From Mycobacterium leprae TN (lineage in GTDB: Bacteria > Actinomycetota > Actinomycetes > Mycobacteriales > Mycobacteriaceae), in assembly GCF_000195855.1 (NCBI RefSeq), contig NC_002677.1, forward strand, positions 1,260,001-1,292,000: a stretch of DNA of 32,000 bases. Direction: 5' to 3'. How positions within the stretch are numbered: position 1 is the stretch's first letter; every line of letters starts with the position of its first letter. Below are positions 19,109-27,736 of this stretch, in pieces. The notes under the pieces are model-generated. The model made no database searches. It had not been told where the DNA came from and worked only from the letters and a program-made list of their open reading frames with translations. A program made the translations under genes and the position numbers.

Positions 19109-19951
19109 TTGCCCCATGCGGCTGAGTGGTTCGATGTTCGTGTGTTCATCCATCCAGGTACTGGTCAGGTGTTCGGTTCTCCTGTCGGGCCTGGAACCGG
19201 CTGGCCGGGCGATCTGGCCACACCGCGGACTCCGGTTGCCGCCGACGCCGAGCAGGTTTTGGTGTTATCGGGCGGAGCCGGCTCGATTCCCGAACTCAAT
19301 GCACAGATCAGCGTGTGCCGAGCCTGCCCAAGGTTGGTTGACTGGCGTGAGGAGGTCGCGGTCGTCAAACGCCGAGCCTTCGCCGACCAGCCGTATTGGG
19401 GGCGGCCGGTGCCGGGCTGGGGATCGGAGCAGCCGCGGCTGTTGATCGTAGGGCTGGCGCCCGCCGCGCACGGCGCCAACCGGACTGGGCGGATGTTCAC
19501 CGGAGATCGTTCTGGGGACCAGTTGTATGCGGCTTTGCACCGGGCTGGGTTGGTGAACTTGCCGATCAGCATGGACGCAGCAGATGGTTTGCAGGCCAAC
19601 CAGATTCGGATAACTGCACCGGTACGGTGCGCGCCGCCGGGCAACGCTCCGACGCAGGCGGAGTGGGTTACCTGCTCGCCCTGGCTGGAGGCCGAATGGC
19701 GGTTGGTGTCCGAGTACGTTCGGGCAATCGTCGCCCTGGGTGGATTTGCCTGGCAGATCGTGCTTCGGCTACCGGGCGTATCCGCAATGCGCAAGCCGCG
19801 GTTCAGCCACGGTGTTGTAGCGCAACTGTACGCCGGTGTGCGTTTGCTAGGTTGTTACCATCCTAGCCAGCAGAATATGTTCACCGGTAGGTTGACGCCG
19901 GCAATGCTCGACGACATTTTCCGTGACGCCAAGAAGCTAGCTGGGATTTAG
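19109..19951 (+). CDS. udgB: Family-5 uracil-DNA glycosylase (4Fe-4S) UdgB
   Basis: Open frame 18995..19951. The conserved body has [27 protein letters not shown] (motif A) and [14 protein letters not shown] (motif B). The ATG at 18995 would overlap the tap remnant, so I prefer the in-frame TTG at 19109 (or GTG at 19142). The nearest ATG (19116) is in a different frame from the conserved [15 protein letters not shown]. The start is uncertain; the stop TAG is at 19949..19951. Confidence 0.85.
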   Translation: MPHAAEWFDVRVFIHPGTGQVFGSPVGPGTGWPGDLATPRTPVAADAEQVLVLSGGAGSIPELNAQISVCRACPRLVDWREEVAVVKRRAFADQPYWGRPVPGWGSEQPRLLIVGLAPAAHGANRTGRMFTGDRSGDQLYAALHRAGLVNLPISMDAADGLQANQIRITAPVRCAPPGNAPTQAEWVTCSPWLEAEWRLVSEYVRAIVALGGFAWQIVLRLPGVSAMRKPRFSHGVVAQLYAGVRLLGCYHPSQQNMFTGRLTPAMLDDIFRDAKKLAGI

Positions 19952-19965
19952 TGACACGGCCGAAG
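19947..19965. repeat. Direct repeat copy 1 (overlaps the udgB stop codon)
   Basis: TTTAGTGACACGGCCGAAG matches 20301..20319 at 18 of 19 positions. Weaker similarity continues downstream (ACCGTACTGAGGCC at 19982..19995 versus ACCGTCGGTACTGACGCC at 20344..20361). Confidence 0.7.
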
Positions 19966-20300
19966 TGATGGTTGTTTGATAACCGTACTGAGGCCATAAT
20001 TATGCTCAAGCATAAAAACTGTAAGCTGTGCTAATTTTTTTGGCATGTCGTCGCTAAGGCTTACATGTCACGGTCGTCGATCTCCATACCTTGCGGCTAG
20101 TCTTTGGTGTTGTTCACGTTTGTGTTTCGATATTTGTGCTACGTGCTCCCGCTTTGACTCGGTCGCATATGCACGCTAAAATCCGACGCCGCAGGCTAAT
20201 GGTGTCGGCACACTGCATTTCTGTCTACAAACATTCGTAACGGTCACCCATCGTCGCAGTTCAAGGCGTAAATCAACGTTGTAGGACGACTTACATTCGG

Positions 20301-20319
20301 TTTAGTGACAAGGCCGAAG
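20301..20319. repeat. Direct repeat copy 2
   Basis: TTTAGTGACAAGGCCGAAG lies 354 nt downstream of copy 1. It is immediately followed by the perfect palindrome at 20327..20369. Confidence 0.7.
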
Positions 20320-20326
20320 ACGGTTT

Positions 20327-20369
20327 TAATATGCGGCGTCAGTACCGTCGGTACTGACGCCGCATATTA
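20327..20369. repeat. 43-bp perfect palindrome / 20-bp-stem hairpin (candidate U-tract-less terminator or operator)
   Basis: TAATATGCGGCGTCAGTACCG-T-CGGTACTGACGCCGCATATTA. I checked base by base that 20327..20346 pairs perfectly with 20350..20369, leaving a 3-nt loop (gtc). No T-tract follows on either strand. Confidence 0.85.
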
Positions 20370-20425
20370 GCTTGGGCGGCAGGGTTGTTCGCTCGCATGC
20401 CAAGCGTTAGAGCGAAGGGTGAGGT

Positions 20426-20767
20426 GTGCTCGCAGAGAACATTCTTATGGCCGGGGGCGTTGACTCCATCGGGCGTATTTCCGTCCTTGATCTCGTTCCG
20501 GTGCGCACAGACCAGTCGTCCAGGCATGCACTGGTGGCTACCGTGCAGCTGACGCAGACCGCGAACCAGCGGAATTTCAGTAGTCGCCTGGTAGTCGAAG
20601 ACTACAGCATGTTGTCTGTTGGTGCCACCAGCCCGCCGGTACTGATTACCTACCTGGCTGTGCAGACCACTCGCATCGAACTGCTTGGCAACCTTGGAGC
20701 CGTTAGCGAAAGAGCTTCTTTTAATTATACTCGCTCAGTCTCACGGGCTCGCATCGATTTGGGCTAG
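20426..20767 (+). pseudogene. 5' fragment of a luciferase-like (flavin/F420-dependent) monooxygenase
   Basis: RISVLDLVPVRTDQSSRHALVATVQLTQTANQRNFSSRLVVEDYSMLSVGATSPPVLITYLAVQTTRIEL...RARIDLG* follows the N-terminal pattern of group-1 LLM proteins (lSvLDl.Pv..g.s...Al..t..LA..ae.lGy.RyWvAEHH.m...as..P.vl.a.la..T.rIrlGsG...L.nh.P..vAE.f..L..l.PGRIDLG). The AEHH motif reads VEDY and the GSGGVMLPNH stretch is missing. The distal ~two thirds of the gene is absent. Confidence 0.6.
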
Positions 20768-21174
20768 GGTTTCCCGCAGGATTCGACCCTTCGTTTCCCG
20801 GTCCGGGTCCCGGAGCAGCACCATCCCTTTGGGGACCGATAGTTTGTCGTCGTTGCGGCGCGGAAGCACGTGCAGATGAATATGAAAGAAAGATCGTCTG
20901 AAAGGCGACTCGGCCATCGTTGATCGCGATGTTCGTCGCGTCAGCCAGTTCTGTCGCGCGGGCGGCCTGCGCGATCCGTTGAACCGATAGCGATCATCTT
21001 GATTAACGTCTCCGGTGTGGTGTCAATAAGGTCTACGGTATGTTGTTTGGGCAGCACCAGGGTGTGGCCACGGGTGAATGGGCGGATGTCCAGGATCGCT
21101 AGGTAGTCGTCGTCTTCGTAGATCCGAACAGCCGGAGCTTTCCCGGCGGGGATCGCACAGAACACGCAGGACAT
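20741..21174 (-). pseudogene. HIT-family (histidine triad) protein with two frameshifts (Rv1262c position)
   Basis: - N-terminus, frame A: MSCVFCAIPAGKAPAVRIYEDDDYLAILDIRPFTRGHTLVLPKQH (20941..21174).
- About 1-nt insertion near 20980 shifts to frame C: RIAQAARATELADATNIAINDGRVAFQTIF.
- A tandem CTTT CTTT (AAAGAAAG at 20884..20891 on the + strand) shifts again, just before the triad FHIHLHVLPRRNDDKL (triad codons 20869..20883).
- The stop is at 20741..20743. Confidence 0.8.
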
Positions 21175-21195
21175 GTCTCTACGGTACTAGTTTGC

Positions 21196-22262
21196 TCAGG
21201 CGACCACTTCCTGCAGGCCGATGGCGATCGCCTCGATTGTCCGATTAAGGTACTGCACGGGTGGTGCCGAAGTTCAGCCGCGTGAATTCGGTGCCTGCCG
21301 TGGTGTCGAATGGATTAGCGTTCGCAACGCCAATGCTCGGCAGGTTGAGGCCGCAAGAAGTCCACCAGGATAGGTAGGTGCCCTACGGGGTGTTAATTTC
21401 ACTCCGGAGACCAACTCCGGCAGTGTCCGCACTAGGTGGTCGCAATTCGCTCGCAGGTAATTGCTCAGCTCGTCTAGCCACGGCACTCAAGGTTGGTAGG
21501 CCGCGATGCCAGCATGGATGCCAACGGTGGATGTGCCCATTTTGTGCAGCGTGTTGATCCAGTTCCATTTTGGGGTGTCTTGACTGTTGGACAGGATTAC
21601 CTGAGCGCATATCAGGCCGGGAAAGTTCTGCCTTTGGCAGGTCGATACCAGCGTGACCATCGTTTCGGCGGCTGTGTAGGACATCGGGGTGGCGGCGTCC
21701 ATAAATTAGCGCTTCCCCCGCACGAATGCGGCCTCAAGAGTGTTTGGGTCAAGAACGTAGCGTCCTGAATCTCGCTGCACTGTTGGGATTTCCGCTCGCT
21801 GGTGGCCAGTGAGTTGCAGGACGCTGAGGAGCGGCATGTAGGCAAGCACAGGCAACGTGACCGTACTTTCTGGGCAAGTGAGTGAAGTTGAAACGACTTC
21901 CATTCCCTTAAGGACATCGGTCACCGACACGGATCCAGTCGGGTTGGACGTGTCAGCCGTAACGTTGCCGGCACCAGCCGGCGGTCGTCCTCGTCACGGT
22001 GTCTTAGCTGAACAGTGGGTAACTGAACCCCTCGTTCTCAACACAAGCTAGTGCCCCTTCGAGCATCGCCGGTGCCGTGAGATAGTCCATCTCCACCACC
22101 CATAGCGGCAACACATCGGGACCGAAGCTGCTTCTCGGTCGACAGATTAAAGATGTTGTCGTACAGGTCAGTAGTCTGTATCTACTTGGCTTTTGCTGTC
22201 GCGTACCAGCCACCCAACGTGGCTGCTCCTGTTATCCACGCTGGATATGCACCACGTCGCCA
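21196..22262 (-). pseudogene. Decayed PLP-dependent C-S lyase / class I-II aminotransferase (MalY/PatB-like)
   Basis: Minus-strand pieces lie in several frames:
- VAGTRDSKS and DVLPLWVVEMDYLTAPAMLEGAL..EGFSYP (22004..22213)
- SVTDVLKGMEVV and RYVLDPNTLEAAF
- WLDELSNYLRANCDHLVRTLPELVSGVKLTPRRAPTY (21274..21486)
- TRLNFGTTRAV...IEAIAIGLQEVVA* (stop 21196..21198)
The total length is shorter than a normal ~390-aa gene, so internal deletions as well as frameshifts are present. Confidence 0.7.
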
Positions 22263-23494
22263 CGCTAGACATTCGTGGGTCGCTTAAGCCAGCCCGATAT
22301 GCTGCCGCTGCTCGGCGTGCCGGTCGCGGTCAAAGTCGGTGTTGACGTCGCCGGCGAGGTAACGACGTACGGCAGCGGCGGTCACCATTCGGAGGTGATC
22401 TTCGACGTAGAAGTGGTCCGTCGGCTGCGCGCGGTGGGTGCGGTCATTATCGGCAAAACCGCTGTGCCTGAGTTGATGATGCTGTACGCCGAATCGCTGA
22501 TCTCCGGGGCCAATCCGAAGCCCGTGGGATCCTGTGCGCACGGTGAGCGGCCACAGCGGCGGTAGTGCCGCCGCTGTGGCCGCCGGGTTGGTTCCGCTGG
22601 TAACTGGGTACGAAGGCAGTGGGTTGATTCGTATCCTGTTAATCTTGTGTGGCGTGTTCGGCCTGAAACTGCAACGCGATCGGCTTTCATTAGAGCAGCA
22701 CGACCAGGCGTGGTATGGACTCAGCGTCGATGGTCCGATTACGCGGTTGGTGATGGACGCAACGTTGTTCCTTGACGCGCCGACAACGGTACCTGGTACC
22801 GAAGTCGAGTTCATGCCTACTGCAGCGTGCACTATCGATAAGCTACGAATTGCCTTATATAACCAAGGTTCTGACGCTGCCCGTTAGGGTTGGGCTGGAA
22901 GAACTAGGCAGTGATCGGCCAGGTCGGTGCATTGTTTCGCGAGCTGAGACACGACGTTGACATACGCGCCTACAAATATCCGCGGCCCGCGTGCTATGCG
23001 AACTATTTGCCTCGGTGCCTGCTTGCGTGGCATTAGCGATGACGCGGATGCGCAGGCTCACCCCCGACCAGGCTCGAAGCACGCATCTGGGTGCTGGCTA
23101 GCTTTGGATTATTTTTCTCAGACTGGCGAATAGCAGCCATTCGCGCTGGAGAAGCGGTGCTGAGGCGCCGGATCCAGTCGCTCTTCGACGACGTCGATGT
23201 CGTCGTCATCCCTGTGGCATTGATTGCCGACGTACCATCCCGTGTCGGCTCCTACCAGCGCCGTGGCTCACGGCCCATACTTGCTATTATTAGCGTAACA
23301 AATTCCATGCTACCCGATCTGGAATTTGACCGGTCAACCTGCCACGGCCATCCCTTGAGATTTGGATGGTGAAGGTCTACCGATGTCAGTGCAGTTCTTC
23401 GGGCGTCCGTACGTTGAAGCGACGCTGTTGTCTGTCGTTGTCCGCCCAGGTCAAGGCCGCATGACCGTGGGCCCACTGGCGACCTACGGTGTAA
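22263..23494 (+). pseudogene. amiB2: 5'-truncated, frameshifted amidase (amidase-signature family)
   Basis: - LPLLGVPVAVKVGVDVAGEVTTYGS...VVRRLRAVGAVIIGKTAVPEL (22275..).
- GGSAAAVAAGLVPLVTGYEGSGLIRI (22534.., different frame; the nucleophile-Ser position of GGSIR reads L).
- FFSDWRIAAIRAGEAVLRRRIQSLFDDVDVVVIP (23091..).
- GLPMSVQFFGRPYVEATLL (23362..).
- The terminal SAQVKAA*PWAHWRPTV* has a stop at 23492..23494.
About 65 N-terminal codons are missing upstream of 22263. Confidence 0.8.
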
Positions 23495-23562
23495 TTAAGA
23501 GGCGCGAATTTGTTAGCGTCGATCCGTTGTCCCCGGCTGCATGGTGCTCACGATCAATACGA

Positions 23563-24052
23563 TTACTCGTCAGGTGGCCGGTTGGTCTCTGGCGGCATGA
23601 CGTGAGCCGTGTTGGTTGATGGCAGCCGCTGGTACTGGATCTGCCAGCCTGGCTAGATGGTGGTCCGCAAGTCTGTAGTACAGTTTGGCAGCCTTGGCGC
23701 TGTTGAAGTATACGAACGTGGTGGTGGAATAGTCGGTAAACAGTTCGGAAAAATTGTTGATCGCCAATCTTTTCGGTTCAATCGCGGAGTCCGTGTTGCC
23801 GACGCAATGACAGCTGTACAGTACAACCCAAAGAGCGACGCCGTAGGCTAACGAGGCCGCCAGTCGATCGTCATATTGCGCGTTTAATTCGAAGCCGAAA
23901 AATTCATTGGTAATTGACCAGAACGCATTTTCCGGATTGGCATAGTATTGCTGTTTCGCTAGTGAGTGAGCGCTCGGGCATGCGCCTAGGATCAATACTC
24001 TGGAGCCGGCGCCGATGACTGGCGGGCATCTCTGCATCAATAGTAAGGTCAT
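23563..24052 (-). pseudogene. UDG-superfamily family-6-like (hypoxanthine/deoxyinosine DNA glycosylase-like) gene with a C-terminal frameshift
   Basis: The 160-aa ORF 23570..24052 fits the family-6 pattern: CPPVIGAGSRVLILGACPSAHSLAKQQYYANPENAFW...GVALWVVLYSC...TDSAIE. The conserved C-terminal LPSTS-type motif is present only in another frame (QYQRLPSTNTAHVMPPETNRPPDE*, codons 23599..23625, stop 23563..23565). This implies an indel near 23636..23642. Several conserved positions are also substituted (ALWDV reads ALWVV). It could still be a functional truncated CDS. Confidence 0.5.
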
Positions 24053-24246
24053 GTGATGTCAAAGAGAGTTGGTGTGGAAGCCAACTGGGCAGATCATATC
24101 GATTTCTTGCCCCCAAACTTGGGGGCAAGGCAGAAACCCGCTCTAGCGCCAATCAATTCCACTACTGGCACGGAGTATCCATGAGAATACCGACTGCTTG
24201 CTTGCCTTTAACACCGCTGTATGTTTAAGGGTTGTAGCCCCATAAC

Positions 24247-25487
24247 ATGTCGAAAGAACCGTCGCATGCTGTCCACAAGGCTTCGTCGCCGAGTTTTCAC
24301 AACGGTCCCGCCGTGACAGCCGGGCCGGTAGGACGCATAGCGATTTGCGCTGATCATGTATTTGACGAGTGCCGGTTACATGGCGGACCCGCCATCATCC
24401 TGGTTCAGTATTATTAAATCTCGGTAGTCGATTTTGCCGGCCTGGTCTGCCCGTCGGATATACCTCTAGTCGATCTCGGTGAGTTGACTTTGTTACCGGG
24501 TCTAGTGGATGCGAATGCGTATCTGTGCTTGGACCCCCACCGGTCCACCTTCAAGTTTTGGCTAGCGACCCAGCTGAAGTGCTGCTGTGGGCGGGCACGA
24601 TGGCATGCTGAGGTCGTGTTAACTGCAGGCATTACTACAATTCGCGATCTGGGAGACCGCGACTTTGTTGTTGCGGGGTGAATGCCGGAAGGAAGTCATG
24701 GTGGGGCCGGAACTGGTGGTTGCTGTGTTATCATTGAGATTGACTCGCACCGGCGGTAATTGCTGGTACCTCGGTGGTGAGGCTGCTAGCGCGAGGTGCA
24801 TCATTAGATGCGGTGCAGGAGTGGACCGCATGGGGGAGTGGATCAAGGTAATGGCCACCGGCGGATTCACCTAGCTCGGCACCCCTCCTTGGCGGCTGCG
24901 GTATGATCGTGAGTAATTGGCCGCGATGGTTGAGGTAGGCTCATCGGGTCGGATTACCGGTGACTTTACACGCCACCGCTGGGATCGCCGAAGCGTTCGC
25001 CGCGGGTGTGGATAGGATCGAGCACTGCAACGTTTTTTAGCGAAAATGATGTCGTCGCTAGCCTGGACGTCATTGCAGCCATCATCACCCAGGAGGTGTG
25101 GTGTGACGCTTGCTGGTGTGCACCCGGGGTATAGCAGAAAACATCGTGTCAATCGGGCGGTTACCTGCTGAAACACCGGCCAGCTCATGGATTCCTGTGC
25201 GCATGTAGCCTTGTCTACCGATGCTGGTGTCAGTCCTGAAAAACCCCATAACATGTTGCCTCAAAATCTGGCGGATCTGTCCCGACCTGGCAGAGGTGCT
25301 GACTTGAGTTATGGCCGCTGCTAGATGTGGGCTGGGCCACCGTAAAGGTCGTAGCGCACCGGGTTATGACGTTGATCTGTTGGCGGTTGCCTACGGTGTA
25401 GGCGACTACGACCTACGCTGGGCTGTACGACGTCAAAGCCACCTGGCACAGTGGAACCCAGGTGCCGTTGCACCCATTGGATGGTAG
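24247..25487 (+). pseudogene. Decayed metal-dependent amidohydrolase
   Basis: - IAICADHVFDECRLHGGPAIILV and VDLGELTLLPGLVDANAYLCL. The HxH metal-binding motif reads NAY.
- LTAGITTIRDLGDRD (24484..24681).
- GEWIKVMATGGFT* (24665..24874).
- STDAGVSPEKPHNML.
- KGRSAPGYDVDLLAVAYGVGDYDL...W* (stop 25485..25487).
At least four frame changes and several stops. Confidence 0.7.
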
Positions 25488-25556
25488 TTACAGCACACCA
25501 GCTCGTCGCGCTGATCAAGTCGTACGATTGTGCGTTGTCGTTATACGTTGACAGGG

Positions 25557-26729
25557 GTGGACGACACGGTTGCTCAGAACATCGAGGATCTGCTCGTCGG
25601 TTTGGCAAGCGCCGGGCCGAGTCAACCGAGTGTATATTACTGTCAGCGCGATCAGGCCGACAAGCCCGCCGCTACTAATAGCTACCCGGCCACCTTGTTG
25701 GGGATGACGGCACCTACGTTTCGGCGCGCGAGATCAGCGAGCGGCACAATAGTTGACTTGGTGTTGCTATAGCGTGTGCAGCGCGCCATCAGACTCGTCA
25801 GCATGAATGATCTCGATGCAGCCGTGCACATGTGCGCAGACGGTGAGGTGGCCGCACATGGACAGCGGTTCATTGAGCTTGGGCTGGATCCCGATCACGT
25901 TGTGCTCAACGTGCGGATCTTCCTGAGGGGCCTGTCACATGCTGCCGAAGTGATGCGTTACAATGCCTTGGCTGCGATCATGTACTCAGAAATCACGAAG
26001 CTAGAGATTGCCACAAGGTTGCGAGAGCTGTTTAGCTGGGTCGTGCCGATGCTCGGCCCGATGGTTCAGGACATACATGTTCATGCAGTTGTGGAACATG
26101 ATGAAGACTGAAGCGGTCAGTGCGGGGAGCGAGTTGCTGTAACCCCACTGCCGTATGCGCGTCGGGTGACTGTCGCTTGCTGCCGATCTCGTTGGTTTTA
26201 CCCGACTGTATGAGGTGGTTACAGGAGAGGAGCTGGGGAAACTCACCGGTAGACGGGGTGAGCTCGCGCGTAATCTGACAGTCCTGCCGGTGCGCTACAT
26301 CAAAACGATTGGCGACGCAGTGATGTTCGTCTACCCCGATCTGGTGCCGTGACTGGATGTGGTGCTGAAGCTATCAGCACCGACAACTACTTGCCTCGAT
26401 TGTGCGCGGGAGTGGCCTCCGGGGTGGTGGTGAGCAGGGCCGACGATTGGTTTGGTAGTCCGGTAAAATATGACGAACTGGGTCACTGGGGTGGAATGGC
26501 TGGGTATCGTGCTGGTTGCAGAGCCGCGACATTTCACTGTTCATACGCCGGTCTAAGTCTCCTCATGGGCATCAAGAGTGAGGTCACACTCTTTCGAGTC
26601 CGGCGAGGGCGATGGATTCGACAAGTCGGACCTGCCTCAGATCCGTTCCCAGCGCCTCCTAAAACGCCCTACACGTCGCTGACTTGCTTAGCTTGGCGTG
26701 ACCAAAAGATTGCTGTGGCGAACGACTAG
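25557..26729 (+). pseudogene. Decayed class III adenylyl cyclase with N-terminal regulatory domain (Rv1264-like)
   Basis: - GTG 25557 gives VDDTVAQNIEDLLVGL.
- [70 protein letters not shown]...[10 protein letters not shown] (25776..26111), ending in a stop.
- The catalytic-domain start VTVA- is frameshifted.
- [11 protein letters not shown].
- LPRLCAGVASGVVVSRADDWFGSPV and EVTLFRVRRG (26349..26729). Confidence 0.85.
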
Positions 26730-27736
26730 CTGGTTGATTCGGCGTACAAGTAGGCCAGGCCCGGAGCGCCTCTGGGGACGTCTGACTGCCATCCTGCATT
26801 AGTCCTATACGGCCGGTTCTCTCCCGTTTTTCGGCACTTTGGATGGGTTGCTTCTAAGTCTGCTTTGCTACCAAAGAATGCAACATCACGCCCCTGATAG
26901 CAACGCTTTTATGTATGCACTGAGCGCACTCGTTCGTGCTGACTGCCGAACAACCGGGCTACTCATTGGTGTGGTGGCCGGTGCGCTGGTCGAGCTGTGG
27001 GTTATTCTGCTGCTGCGACTGGTTTCGGGCGGCAGTTTCACCGGTGCCGAGACATTGGCGCTGGCAACGGTTTTATGTTCGCCGTCGGTGACCGCAACGT
27101 TGCTACGGATATAACACGTAATGATGTAATTATGAAGCAATATCGCACGCATGGGCGCCGATATGGTTGCCCTGGGGCTAGCAGCAGGCTACGCAACCCG
27201 ATGCCAGCAGCGTGGTGGAATGGTTCGCTGGCCGCCTTCCCGATGACTAGTTAGACGGCGATCCCATGGTCATCGTCGACCGCGAAGAGATCACGGTCAT
27301 CGGCAAGTGCCCTGAACCCGAGAGCCCAGGCAAGGAAGAAAGCGAGGTCCGCATGGAAGGTCGGGTCTCGTGATTCTGAGGAGAGACCTGGTCAGAACGG
27401 ATGAGGATCACCGATGAAGCTCAGGAGCGACGCCTATACCCACTGCGCGGGAAGGAGATGGTTCATCCGCAAACTAGCTCACTCCTAACTGCGTTGAGAG
27501 AGTATGCTGAGACAGCAGGACAATATTTTCGGGCAATACGCTCCGTGGATCGCAGAGTTTGACGTCGAATACGAGGGCTACTGGGCGAAGGAAGGACGTC
27601 GCGGTGAGGTTAGCTTATTACCTGATGGTCTCTAAGGCGTTGAATTCGATGATTCAGTGAAATTCGTTGACGTCGGTCGTCACCGCATCCGTGTTGGTCT
27701 CGTAGGCCACCTCGGTTTAGCTGGCTAAGGTCGCAC

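Noticed and set aside
20003-20041. Intrinsic terminator for udgB: small hairpin TTATGC-TCAA-GCATAA (~20000..20015) and a T7 run at 20035..20041
   Set aside because: The stem is only 6 bp and AT-rich, and it is separated from the T-run by about 20 nt. That geometry is not convincing for a canonical terminator.
19966-20300. Known M. leprae dispersed repeat (RLEP/REPLEP-type), IS element or MITE in the AT-richer island
   Set aside because: I found no transposase remnant, no terminal inverted repeats, and no match to the RLEP primer-region sequences I remember. The flanking similarity is direct, not inverted. I cannot exclude a repeat family without a genome-wide search.
20339-20527. 62-aa minus-strand ORF spanning the palindrome
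   Set aside because: It is short with no motifs. Its C-terminal codons are simply the palindrome arm, and it overlaps the start of the monooxygenase remnant on the other strand.
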